A stretch of DNA of 64,000 nucleotides, taken from positions 107,446,001-107,510,000 of the forward strand of contig OZ024740.1 of the NCBI GenBank assembly GCA_964016885.1. Reading direction: 5' to 3'. Position 1 is the stretch's first letter; each line of letters starts with the position of its first letter. A program made the position numbers and the translations under genes. The DNA is from Eledone cirrhosa (taxonomy: Eukaryota). A model generated the notes under the pieces. It saw nothing but the letters and a program-made list of their open reading frames with translations, was not told where the DNA came from and ran no database searches. Positions 12,401 through 25,200 of the stretch are shown piece after piece.

Positions 12401-15400
12401 TTGTACTTTCTGAACACCCACCTCCCAGAGATTGGTGGTACTTGTTTCCTGTGGCTGTTTGCTGTCCCAGTACAGCTGCTGCATGTGAAGCCTACATTCT
12501 TAATTAAGCTTCCCAAGATCCCGCTACATCTCTTGTGTACCCATTGTTTGCATTTGGGGCAGAGAATGGAGTTCCTACCTACACCTTTCCTACATACTGA
12601 GCAAGGCCATTTCCCTGAGGGGATCTGGGTTCTGTTTTCTCGTCTACTTACAAGGACCTTAGTCTTTGTTATGTTGACTTTGAGACCCTTTCTTTCTACT
12701 CCCTGCTTCCAGGTTTGGAATTTCTTCTCTAGTTCTACCATAGATTCAGCTATAAGTGCGAGGTCATCAGCATACAGGAGTTCCCATGGGCATCCGGTCT
12801 TAAACTCCTCCGTTATTGCCTGCAGGACTATGATGAACAGGAGAGGGCTAAGAACAGAGCCCTGGTGGACCCCAACCTGTACGCTAAATTCCTCGCTATA
12901 CTCATTGCTAATCCTAACTTTGCTGACTGCTCCCCTATACATGGCTTGTACAGCTTTCACAAGCCATTCATCTACTCCTAGTTTTCTAAGAGCCCACCAG
13001 ATTACAGCGCGTGGAACTCTGTCAAAGGCTTTCTCGAGATCGACGAATGGCAGGTAGAGTGGCTTACTTTTAGCTAGGTACTTTTCCTGTAACTGCCTCA
13101 CAAGGAAGAGGGCATCAGTGGTGCCTCTTCCTGGTACAAATCCAAATTGCATCTCATCTAGTTTCACCCGGTCCCTAATCAACTGTGCTATAACTCTTTC
13201 TGTTACTTTCATGACCTGGTCCATCAGCTTTATACCTCTATAGTTTCCTCTATCGAGTGCATCACCTTTACCTTTGTAGCAGTTGACAATGATGCTACTG
13301 CACCAATCTTTTGGTATGACACCTAGTATTACCTGGTTAACAATACGTGTGGTTATAGTGTGACCTACAGACCCAGTTGCCTTCAGCATCTCGACAGCTA
13401 TACCCGATGGACCGGTTGCCTTCCCCATCTTCATATCTTTGATTGCCTTACTACGCTGCTGCTGACTTGTACTGCTGGCCCCTCTATAGGGTCTACTTGG
13501 GGTAGGGTCTCTTCTTCCCATGCATTCTCCTCATTTAGTAATCTATCATAATGACTCTTCCATGCATCTTTCTTCTCAGCACTTGTGAGGGCAAGTGTTT
13601 TACTTTTATTTAGTTAGTTTATTTGGGCTTCTGTTTGTGAATACAGTATTTTGGATTATAGTGTGATTTTCAGTCCCTCGAAAATAGTATCCATGAAATA
13701 ATCTGCTCCTAAAGAATGTTTTAAAATTTGACTTTTACATGAGAATATATATGGTAATATATGGTACACAAGTACCACCAATCACTGGGAGGGCTCTGTA
13801 GAAACAGTAGACAGCTTCTGCTACCTAGGTGACCGAATTAGCAGTGGAGGTGGGTGTTCAGAAAGTACAATAACTAGGGTAAGAACGGGATGGAAGAAGT
13901 TTAGGGAACTACTACCACTGCTAGCTGCAAAAGGCTTCTCCCTCAGAATGAAAGGCAGACTGTATGATGCATGTATCCGAACAGCAATGTTGCATGGTAG
14001 TGAGACCTGGGCGCTGAAGGTGGAAGACTTACGTAGATTAGAGAGAAACGAAGCCTGCATGCTCCGATGGATGTGTAACAGTAATATACGTGAACGACAA
14101 AGCATAAATGAATTGAGAGAGAGACTGAGCATAAGAGGAATCAAATGCTGTGTGCAGGAGAGGCGGTTGCGCTGGTATGGACATGTGATGCATATGAAGG
14201 ATGACAGCTGCATCAAAAGGTGCAGAGCACTAGAAGTCGATGGAAACCGCGGAGTGGGGAGACCCAAGATGACCTGGGATGAGGTGATAAAAGCCGACCG
14301 TACCCAATTACACCTCTCAAAGGCGATGACACACGACCGTGACCACTGGCGTCTCGCAGTAATACAGAGTACCCGACCTCCCATGAGTACAAGCTGAAGC
14401 ATATAGACAATATGCCCCCACACCCTCCACCGCAAGGTGGTCGTGGAGGTGCCACGGCAAAAAAGCACCCAGCCCACACTGTAAAGTGGACGTGTAGGCG
14501 CCACGAAAAAGCACCCAGCACTCACTGTAAATGAGGTTGGTGTTAGGAAGGGCATCCAGCTGTAGAAATCAAGCCAAATCAGTTCCTGTATGATCAAGGC
14601 ATGGTCAGCCGACCAGACACTGCCCACAACAGGACAACCCGTCTAACCCATGCTAGTGTGGAAGAACGGATGTAAAACGGTGATGATGATGATGATGTTT
14701 ATGTATGCTATGATATCTAATTAGTTAAAATCATGCCTAATTTATAGATTACCTTAACATGTGGACATTTTTCATACATAGGAGTCAATTCCCAACAAAT
14801 GGAGAAAGCAGCTCCAGTACTTTAACAAAAGCAATAGAACTGGCAACCAGCCGGGAAAGAATGCAGACGTTGTCCCCCAGTTCTCTCAATACTGTAAACA
14901 ATATAATTTCTGTGTTTAATGCTTCACAGAAAGAAATTTTAAACAGTGACAAAAATCAGGTAAGTTCATAGTTTATATTTTATTAACTAAAACAACACAA
15001 TTATAATTTCACTTTACAAATATTTATTTTTATTTCCGTTTCTTTGGTTTTTATTCTTGTTTCATAAAGTAAGGCAGATATGTTTAATTTTCATTTAAAA
15101 TAACTTAAAACTAGTTTTTGTGTTAGTTTTTTTCCTTTCCTGTCTTGTATACTACTTATGAGAAAAAAATGAATCATCATCATTGTTTAACATCTACTTT
15201 CCATGTTAGCATGGGTTAGACGGATTTGTCCCATTTGAGGCAAGTTGGGCCAAGTGAACATGTCTTACTCATATAGGACTGCTTCTGGCTGATTTTCTAT
15301 GGATGGATGCCCTTCCTAACACAAACCACCCACATTTACAGTGTGTGCTGGGTGCTTTTTGCCATGTCGACTACACGACCTCTTTACAGTGTGGGCTGGA

Positions 15401-18400
15401 TGCTTTTTGTCGTGACACCTACATCCAGTCTGGACTGGATGAATATATATATAGATATCGTCATCATCATCACCATTTAATGTCCAGTTTTCCATGCTAG
15501 CATGGGTTATATGAGTTGTCCCGTTGTGAGACAAGAATGATCAGGTGACCGTGTCTTGCTCATAAAAATTTGGTTCTGGCTTGGTTTCTATAGCTGGATG
15601 CCCTGCCTAATGCCAACCACATCTACAGTGTGTACTATATGTATGTATATGTATATATAGGGATATAGTGCGATCTCCAGCAGGCTGATGCTCAAGTGCA
15701 GCAAGTAGCAAGAGCCCACAGGATACTAGCTTCTTCAAATGCCCAGAGGGCTCAATAGGAGTATTAGCTAGTGTCTGTTACCTGGATGACCAAATTAGCA
15801 GTGGAGGAGGGTGTTCTGAAAGCACAGTAGCCAGCGTGAGAATGGGTTGGAGAAAATTCAGGGAGCTACTACCTCTGTTAACTACAAAAGGTTTTCCCCT
15901 CAAAATGAAGGGCAGATTGTATGATGCTTGTATATGAATAGCAATGTTACATGGTAGTGAGACCTGGGTGCCGTGTGCAATAGACCTGTGAAAATTGGAA
16001 AGAAATGAAGCTTCCATGCTTTGATGGATACATAATACAAGAACAGCAAATCATAAATGAACTAAGAGAAACTGAGCATATGAGGGATCAGATGCAGTGT
16101 GCAAGAGAGGAGATTGCGTTGGTTTGGACATGTGATGCATATGAAGTATGACAGCTGTATAAAATGGGGCATGGCGCTCAAAGTTGATAGAAGCTATGAA
16201 GTAAGCAATGATGCAGGACTGTGATCTCTGGCATTATGCAGTAATACAGACGGCCTGCCTTCCCATGTGAATGGGTTGGGGCATACATCTTGTATGCGCC
16301 ACCTTCCCCTCAATCACCCCTTCTATACACTTCCCATGTCATAACACCCATGCCTCTAGATCTACCTTCCCAATCCCCATGCACCTCATCCACCCAAGTC
16401 CCCAGTCCACACTGTAAAATGATCATTTTTTGGTGCCACGGCAAGGAACACCCAGTCCATACTGTAAAGTGGTTGTGCAGGTGTCATAACAAAAAGCACT
16501 CAGTACACGCTGTAAATGTTGTTGGTGTTAGGAAGGGCATCCAGCTGTAAAAATCAAGCCAAAATCAGTTCTGTATGGTCAAGTCATGGTCATCTGACCT
16601 GGCTTATCTCACAATGAGACAGCTCATCTAACCCATGCTAGTGTGAAAAATGGATGTTAAACAGTGAGGATGATGATGATGATGACATACATATATTTTA
16701 TATATGTACATACCTAGGAGATCAGATTAGCATGGGAAGGGGGTGTTCCGAGGCCATAGTATCTAGAATAAGGATGGGTTGGAAGTAGTTTAGGGAGCTG
16801 CTTCCTCTGCTGACGAAGAAGGGTTTCTCCCTGTGTACGAAAGGCTGGTTATATGATGCCTGTGTGAGGAGCGCGATGCTGCATGTTAGTGAGACTTGGG
16901 CAGCAACTGCGGAGGATATGCGACGGCTGGAAAGAAATGAGGCAAGCATGCTCCATTTGATGTGCAATGTCAATGTGCGTGAACAACCCAGCATGGATGT
17001 GTTGAGAGAGAAACTGTGTCTGAGAGGGATAGAATGTAGTGTGCAAGAGAGGAGACTGCGGTGGTATGGACATGTGATGCGCATGGAGGATGACCGATAG
17101 GTGAAGAAGTGCCAGGAAATGCCAGTTGAAAGAAGACGTGGTAGAGGTAGACCATGAAAAACATGGGCAGAGGTGGTGAGAACAGACCTCAAATCGCTGA
17201 AGCTCACGGTGGAGATGACGAAGGACCATGACAAGTGGAGAGATGCTGTGCTGCATAAGATCCATCCCACCCTTGCAAGCAGGGAAAAGTGGACGTAAAA
17301 TGCTGATGATGATGATGATATATATATATATACATATACATATATCCCTGAGATAAGCTTTCACTACTTCTTTCCATGTCTTCCTCTTCCACTTGGATAT
17401 GTGTGTCACTTTTACCTGTCTAACATCCTCCATATGTATTGCGTATCCATCCCAGCTCAGTCTCCTCTTGCACAATATATCTAATTCCTTTTATATCTAG
17501 TTTTTCTCAGCTTATTTCATTTAGTAGAGAATGCCCATATCATTTCTTTACAGTTTATGTACATCCTCTTTATTCAGTATATATGTTTCACTACTATAAA
17601 ACACTACACTTCATAAATAAGTATCGTACAATCTGTCCTTCATTTTGAGAGAGAATCTTTTTGTTGCCAGTAGAGGTAATATACTCCTGAATATATTTTT
17701 ACACCACATTTACTCTACCGACTATGTTTTTAAAACACCCATCTCCACCACCTCTGTATAACAGAAGCTGTCAACTACTTCTACTCCAAGTTAGTGGAAA
17801 GACTTATTACATCATGGGTGTTCTTACTGCTAACTACTTTGCTGAAACTGCTTCATAAGCAGTCCTCCTTCTCTATAATTTTGTTTGTGATTCCATTCCA
17901 CCTATTGTTCATTCATAGTTTACATTGGGTACATCATATGAAATTCCTACCTACTCCTTTTCTAACTATTAAGCATGGCTACTTTACAACTGGTTGTAAA
18001 GTCCTGTCTTTCCTTCTAATTAAAATATTTGTCAATGTTAGGTTTACATAACGACCAATAGTTCGACATTAACCCTTTTGTTACCATATTTCTAATGAAA
18101 AACACTGCTTATAATTTTCAATTACTTTTGAAAATATTCGAGAATTTAGTGGGATTTAGTAAAATAACTTTCTCATTATTTTTCTAGTATTTTTACGATA
18201 ACTTAAATGTTCTTACATGATGGAAGGTTTTTAGATAAATATAAACATTTTAAAATAAACAGCTTAGTATCATAGTACCAGGGACTGTTTCAGATGGTTT
18301 GGAACATAACTTTACAAAGGTTCTTCCATAAAATTATGCTTGGAGGATTTTAGAAAAATATAAACACTCTAAAACAAACAGGTTTGTATTGAAGAACCAG

Positions 18401-21400
18401 GGGTATTTGGAACATAACTTTACAAAGGTTCTTACATAAAATTATGATGGAAGATTTTTAGATAAATATAAACATTTTAAAATAAACAGCTTAATTTTAT
18501 AGAACCAGAGGTGGTTTCAATCTGTATGATATCAAAAGGGCTAATAAACAAAAATTTAAACAAAACAGTGATATATCAATAAACAGAACCAGATACTTTT
18601 TGTTCTGGTTATCTTGGCAACATTTTACTCTATAAACAATTTCAATATTGCCTTTTTCTCAGATGGAAAATTACTGTTGTAGACATTTTAATAAAAATGT
18701 GTTAGAAAACAAATGATAATAGTTTGGTGGATGAGTGGGGTGTCACTCAGAGAGGGAGACAAACAATGGATTATCGAGAATAGTGGGAATCGAGTCAGTA
18801 ATAAATGTTCTGAAGAAAAATGGAATGAGATGGCTGGGTCATGTTTTGAAAGATGATAGTGACTGAATGAGAGGAGTGATGGACATGAATGTGGAAGACC
18901 AAAAAAAAGACATACCTAAAAATAATGGAGGAGAAAATGAAAGTCAATGGGTTGGTGAAAGTTCATGCAGATGATAGGGCAAAATGGAGAAGATTGTCAT
19001 CGAGCTTGCAAGCCTAAGCTCCTTTTTTAGCTAGGAAAATGACCTTAACCCTTTACCAATTACATCACTTTATACTTACTCTTGTATTTTTGTGGTAAAG
19101 GCTTTATCTCACATAATGCCAAAGTTACAAGATTTTGATGCTATTTATTTTGAGAATGATACCTTATCATTGTTACGAGTGGCTGGTTAGGGCTGGTTTG
19201 AACAGAAAGAGGCGAGAGAATTCTGGCCAGTTTAAATGCTAATGGGTTAAGACGCTTGTTGTATATAAACAAAAATTAGTTATCTTTCTCGAGATATTAA
19301 CAAATATACAAGGGTTTTAGAAGCTACCCTTTTACTCCTTTTCAGTTCAGATAAACTCAGAAACCTGGTGATAATGTCTGCTCCATCTACTCCAACAGTT
19401 TTTTTCTCTCTCTCTCTCTCTTTGTGGAATGAAGCTTTGATGGGGAGACCATGAATTTACCAGTTTTGAAATCTCCTGTTAAATGGGTCCCTCTATTACC
19501 AACCCTTAATTGCCAAATATCAGTAACATTGGATTTGATACAGACAGGTAGGTGTCACCAGAGATGCCTTCACCATGCCTCAGCTAAGCCCTCATCACAC
19601 ATACATTTCCATTAAAACACTATTATACTGCTCAATACTAATGCTCAGATTACATTTAAATCTGCACATTTTCTACCATTTATTTTTACCCTATTGCTTT
19701 ACTTTTAGAAGAAAATATATCCATGGAATATTTTTGCCTCTCTTAGCAGCTTCTATTTTTCTCTTTGCATGCTTATAAAAATTTCCCCTTTATTCTTTAT
19801 GCTATCATTGCTGCATATATCCAATTTAGTATTATATCCCTGCATGTTGTAAGAGACAACTGAAAGGGTTGGCACCAAGAAGGACATCTGGCTGTAAAAC
19901 ATTGCCCCCAAAAGGACTCCAAAATGACCAGGTGACGGTTGTAACTTGAGAAAGGGAATCCTAATTTCATTATATGTAAGAAAGAGGAGAAAAATTGGAC
20001 TTTTAATAGTTTAGTATTCTTTAAGAATTGATATAGTAATGAATTTTGGAATAAGATAAATGTATAGTGGAGTAAAAGATCTGGAAGGAGATAGTGATGA
20101 TTAATTTATTGTGGGTTTAGAGTAGGATATATGAATTAGTGTAGGATAAATGTATAGGGGAGTAATTGGTATAAAATAAGATAGAATAATTGTTTCTACT
20201 TTTGGCACAAGGCCAGCAATTACTCAGTGCATTACTGGTACTTTATTTTATCGACCCCATAAGGATGAAAGGCAAAGTTAACCTTGGCGGGATTTGAACT
20301 CAGAATGGCAAGGGCCGTAACTCTATGCGTCAAAGCATGGCGTCTGACCCTCTCCCGATACTGCCAATCCACCGCCCTCATAAGATAGAATAATGGTCTC
20401 CAATATGGGTTCATACTTACCAAAAATTTCACTAAAATATTTTTGGTATTCAATAAAAAAAATGGTTTCCCCATGGGGTTTGACAGTTCTTCATGATATT
20501 CTAAAGCTTCTACTTTAATATGCTAGCGTGGAAGATGGATGTTAAACGATGATGATGGTATATATAATATATACTATAAATGAGAGTGTATGTGTGAATC
20601 GTCTAATAAAATGGATCTTCCCTGGTGCCATCCCTGAGACCCACAGTGGATTCAGAGCTGGGCGGAGTACTATGGACATGATTTTCTCAGCCCGTCAGCT
20701 AAGAAGTGTGTTGAGCAGCAAGTGTCACTATACCAAGTATTTGGGGACCTTACCAAAGCCTTTGATACTGTTAATCATAGTGCATTGTGGGTCATATTGG
20801 GGAAACTTGGATGCTCTCATGAGTTTGTTGGAATATTCAGAACCATCCATCAAAATATGAAAGCAAAAGTGAACTTCAATGAGACACTTTAAGAGCCAAT
20901 TTCAGTGGAAAACAGTGTCAAGCAAGGCGACATATCTGTACCCATTCTGTTCTCCATTTACTTTGCCGTGCTGCTGACATATGTCTTCCAAGATTTCAAA
21001 ATCGGTGTATACTTGCGAATTAGAATCCCTGGCAAAATCAGTTTAACACCAAGTCCAAAGCGTTTGGCACTCTTGATAGGGAATTCTTGTATGCTGATGA
21101 TGCAGATTTTGTGGCTCACACAATAGAGGACATGCAGACTGTTCAAGTGTCACATCTGTGAACGTACCTGCAAAACAAAAGCGTGTCTGAAAAGTCATCT
21201 GTATGCACATGATCGTGCAATGTTCAATGTGGTGGTGGTGGTGGTGGTGGTGGTGGGAGTAGTAGTGGTGGTGGTGGTAGTAGTAGGAGATTTTAGACAA
21301 ACTCTCCCAGATTTGATTGATCAAATCCAAGCCCGTTTGAAAAACATTGACACTTTGGACTTCTATCAAAGTTTTGAAGCTCACTACAAACACAAAGGCA

Positions 21401-22198
21401 TATCTTGGTGGAGATGAACAATCAGAGTAGTTCACCCAGAATTTATTAATGCTTGAGGACGGAAGACTTCCTGTAGATAACAAGGGAGTTATTGACATAA
21501 GTCCCATAGGCACGATAGTGGAATCATTATTCCATCTCATAGAAAAAGTGTTCCCTAATCTTGAATATCAGTTCGCAAGTCACAAGGGCTGTATTGGCCC
21601 CGAAAAATATGAATGTGAAATTGGTAAATCAAGAGCTGTTAAAAAGAATTTTAATGGTTTCAAAGCTCTATTGATCTGTCGACTCAACTCTTTAGAACAA
21701 TCAGGAATGTCTCCACATGTCCTTCACCTTGAAGAAGGAGCACCCATCATGTTATTGAGGAATTTGGACCCACCGAGGCTATGCAATGGCACTCGATTGG
21801 TTGTGAAAAATATGTATCCAGACGTAATTCAAGGCGCCATTTTAACAGGATGTGTTTGTTCCAAGAATTCCTCTTCTCCCCACTGATGTCCCACTTCAAT
21901 TTCTAGTGAGTCTTAGTTTTGCTATGACCATCAACAAATCACAAGGACTAACATTTTTGCTTACCGGTTTACACCTTGGTCACCCATGGTCAGCTTTACA
22001 TTGGATATTCAAGAGTAGGAAGTCAGAAAAATCTTTACATCTATGTGACAGATGTAAAAACAACAAACGTTATAAATTGACTAATTAATAAAGAAATCCA
22101 TCCTTCCTTTGAGGAAGACATGGTCTGACATGGAATAAAAAAAAATTGAAATAAAGGCATACTTTGTGATTATTGCCCAGCAATAAAGGGCTACTCAG

Positions 22199-22230
<32 letters not shown>

Positions 22231-25200
22231 ACGAAGGAAATGTGGTAAGGAACCAGGTGGACCATAACGCACCAAAGTACTCAATACTTGAGGTAGTAGA
22301 GTAGGTAATAGGAACCAGTAAGACCCCGACAGCTGAGCTCAAGCCGTTTCGACGGCTAATTCTGGACAATTCTGAGTCCAGAATTAGCCGTCGAAACGGC
22401 TTGAGCTCAGCTGTCGGGGTCTTACTGGTTCCTATATATATATATATATATCATCATCATCATCATCAGGTTTAGCGTCCGTGTTCCACGCTTGCATGGG
22501 TTTGGACGGGGGTTTTCCCACTTGAGGCAAGAGTGGTTGTCTTGCTCGCATAGGACTGTCTGGCGTGTTTTCTACAGTTGGATGCCCTTCCTAACACCAA
22601 CCACATTTACAGTGTGGGGCTGGGAGGTTTTTACCGTGTTGCCTACACGGCCACATTACAGCGTGGACTGTCTGGCGGGTTTTCTACAGCTGGATGCCCT
22701 TCCTAACACCAACCACATTTACAGTGTGGGGCTGGGAGGTTTTTACCGTGTTGCCTATATATTTAATAAAATAAAATAAAAAATATCTGTACATATATAT
22801 TCTATTATCAAGTTTAAGGGCTCAGTAATATTAGGGGTGCATATTAAAATAATAATAAAAATTGTGTACAGTGCTCGGGTGCATGTATAGTACATAGAAT
22901 ATTGTACAAATGTCAGGAAAGTGAACAATTTGGGAGTTATAATATACACACACACCCATGCGTGTGTGTATGGAGTGGGAATATCAGATGTAGTGTTGGC
23001 AAATTTCAGGAAGCATGGAAGTTTTGAAGGACAGTGTCCCGACAGCTAATAACTGATGCAGGTAGTTTGTTCCATGCTTCAGCAACTCTGAATGTGAAAT
23101 AACGTTTCCGAAAGTCATGGGAACTGTGCTGTTTTCTGATTTTGTAAGCATGTCCGGGTGTTAGACACATGGAATTCAAAAAGGTGCTCAGTGTTGTTGT
23201 TGGCAAACTGGTTAATAATTTTGTGGGTATCTACTAAGTCAGTTGCCAGACGTCGGAGCTTTAATGTATCCATGCCCAGGGAAGCAAGGTGTTCAGAGTA
23301 TGGTAGATGCCCGACGGAGGGTATTCACTTGGTTGCACGTCTCTGATCAGTTTCCAGGACGTCAATATTCTGAGCAAGATTGGTGATGCAAATTCGCTGC
23401 TGACAGTAATGCCCAGGTCATGTTTACAAGACGACTTCTTGAGATTAGTGTTGTGAAGGGAGTCTGTGAACGCTGGGTTTTTCCTCCCAAAATGCATGGT
23501 GGTACACTTGTCCACAGCCAGATTGAGTTGCCACTCTGTAATCTGCATTGTGCCCTTGTCTGAATGCAGGAAAGATCTATGTCATACAGAATCTGTCTTT
23601 CTTATCTCAAGACTGTGAGAGTTCCTGAAGTTCCAAAGTGTTTCTCTAACACAGGACTCTATCAGTTTCATGATGCAGCTAGTAAGACTGACTGGACGAT
23701 AGTTGACAGGTGACATGCGATCACCCTTTTTGAACAGAGGAATGACACTGGCAGTTTTCCACTGCTCTGGGGTAACACCGTTGTTAAAGCAGAATTGAAA
23801 GAAGAGTGAAAGCTGGTGCAGAAGAAAGGACTCACCACGTTTGAGAAGTAGGTACATAAGACCATCAAGACCAGGAGAGGCATAGTTGCACTTATTCTTA
23901 AGGTGGCGTCACAGCATTGCGAGTGTAAATTCCATAGTTGCTATAGAATTTGATGGTAGAGATAGTACATTTTGATTTTCAAGAATAAAAATGCCTGCAT
24001 AGCATTCAACAATGAGTTCTGCGCATTCTTTGGGATCATCAGTAATCTGGCTTGTGTGGGGATTGCGAAGAGGATCACCTGGAGAGTGAGGTCTCTGCTT
24101 TGAATGCATATTTTCAGAACACTTTGCTGTCAGGGTAGGTTGCTATACGCTATTCAAATTAAAAAAAAAAGATTGGAGACCATTGAAATAGAGAGATGAA
24201 TTTTGGAGTAGAGGGGCAGAGAGTATGGAAGGAGAGAGATACTATTATCATGTCAAGTGGCCATATAAAAGCTCCCTTGTTAAGGCCTCAGTAAGTAGCG
24301 TGTTGGTGATAAGATGTCCTTAAAGTGGGAGTAAATTAAAAATATTGTGAATATCTTGTGAATGGAAGGCTCTCATATTTTATGAGATCTATCGTGAATT
24401 GAAGATGGTTTCTTGAATTATATGTGTAAACTCACATGAAGCTTCTTTATCTTCTAGCAAGGTTTCAGAAAAGATTAACCCTTTCATTCCCATATTTCTA
24501 ATGAAAAACACTGCCTATGATATAAAAAATATATTTTTAAATAATCAAGAATTTGGAGGGATTTAGTAATGTAACTAACTTTCTCATCATTAATCTAGTG
24601 TTAGGAAGATAACAAAGGTTCTTACATAAAATTATGTTGGAAGGTTTTTAAATAAATATAAACACTTTGAAATAAACAGCTTTAGATCTTAGAATCAGGG
24701 GGCAGTTTCAAGAGGGTTAAACTTTTAGATATGAGGTTTGTGCTTTATTTATAATCTCCTTTTATTTCTTCTGAAAATTAGCATTCTTCATCATAACTTT
24801 TTTGTTTTACAATCTTTTAATTAAATATTTAAATAAAATTTATTTCTCTCTGTATATCTTATGATTTAAATTGAATAGGTTCACTGTGTCCCTATAACAT
24901 AGGGAAAGGTAACAACGTAACCTGACAAATCCGATGAAGGAAAGTATGTTTCCATTGGTCTTTCAGTTACTGATATTATCATTTGGTTGAAACTCTTGGC
25001 AGAAGCATCATTTTCCGGTGAGGTTAGGTGGGTAGTTGAATTCAGAACATATACCATAAAGCAGTGGTCGCCAACCTTTCTAAAACTGAGGAACCCTCTA
25101 AATATTTTGAATTCTTCACGGAACCTATACAATACAAAACTTTTCAAAAAAAAATAATAAAGTATTTATTTATTTTAGTGTTTCATGCGTGTGTATGTAA

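Noticed and set aside
12004-14627. Long antisense ORFs (167, 218, 268 aa)
   Set aside because: Shadow ORFs on the opposite strand of RTE coding sequence
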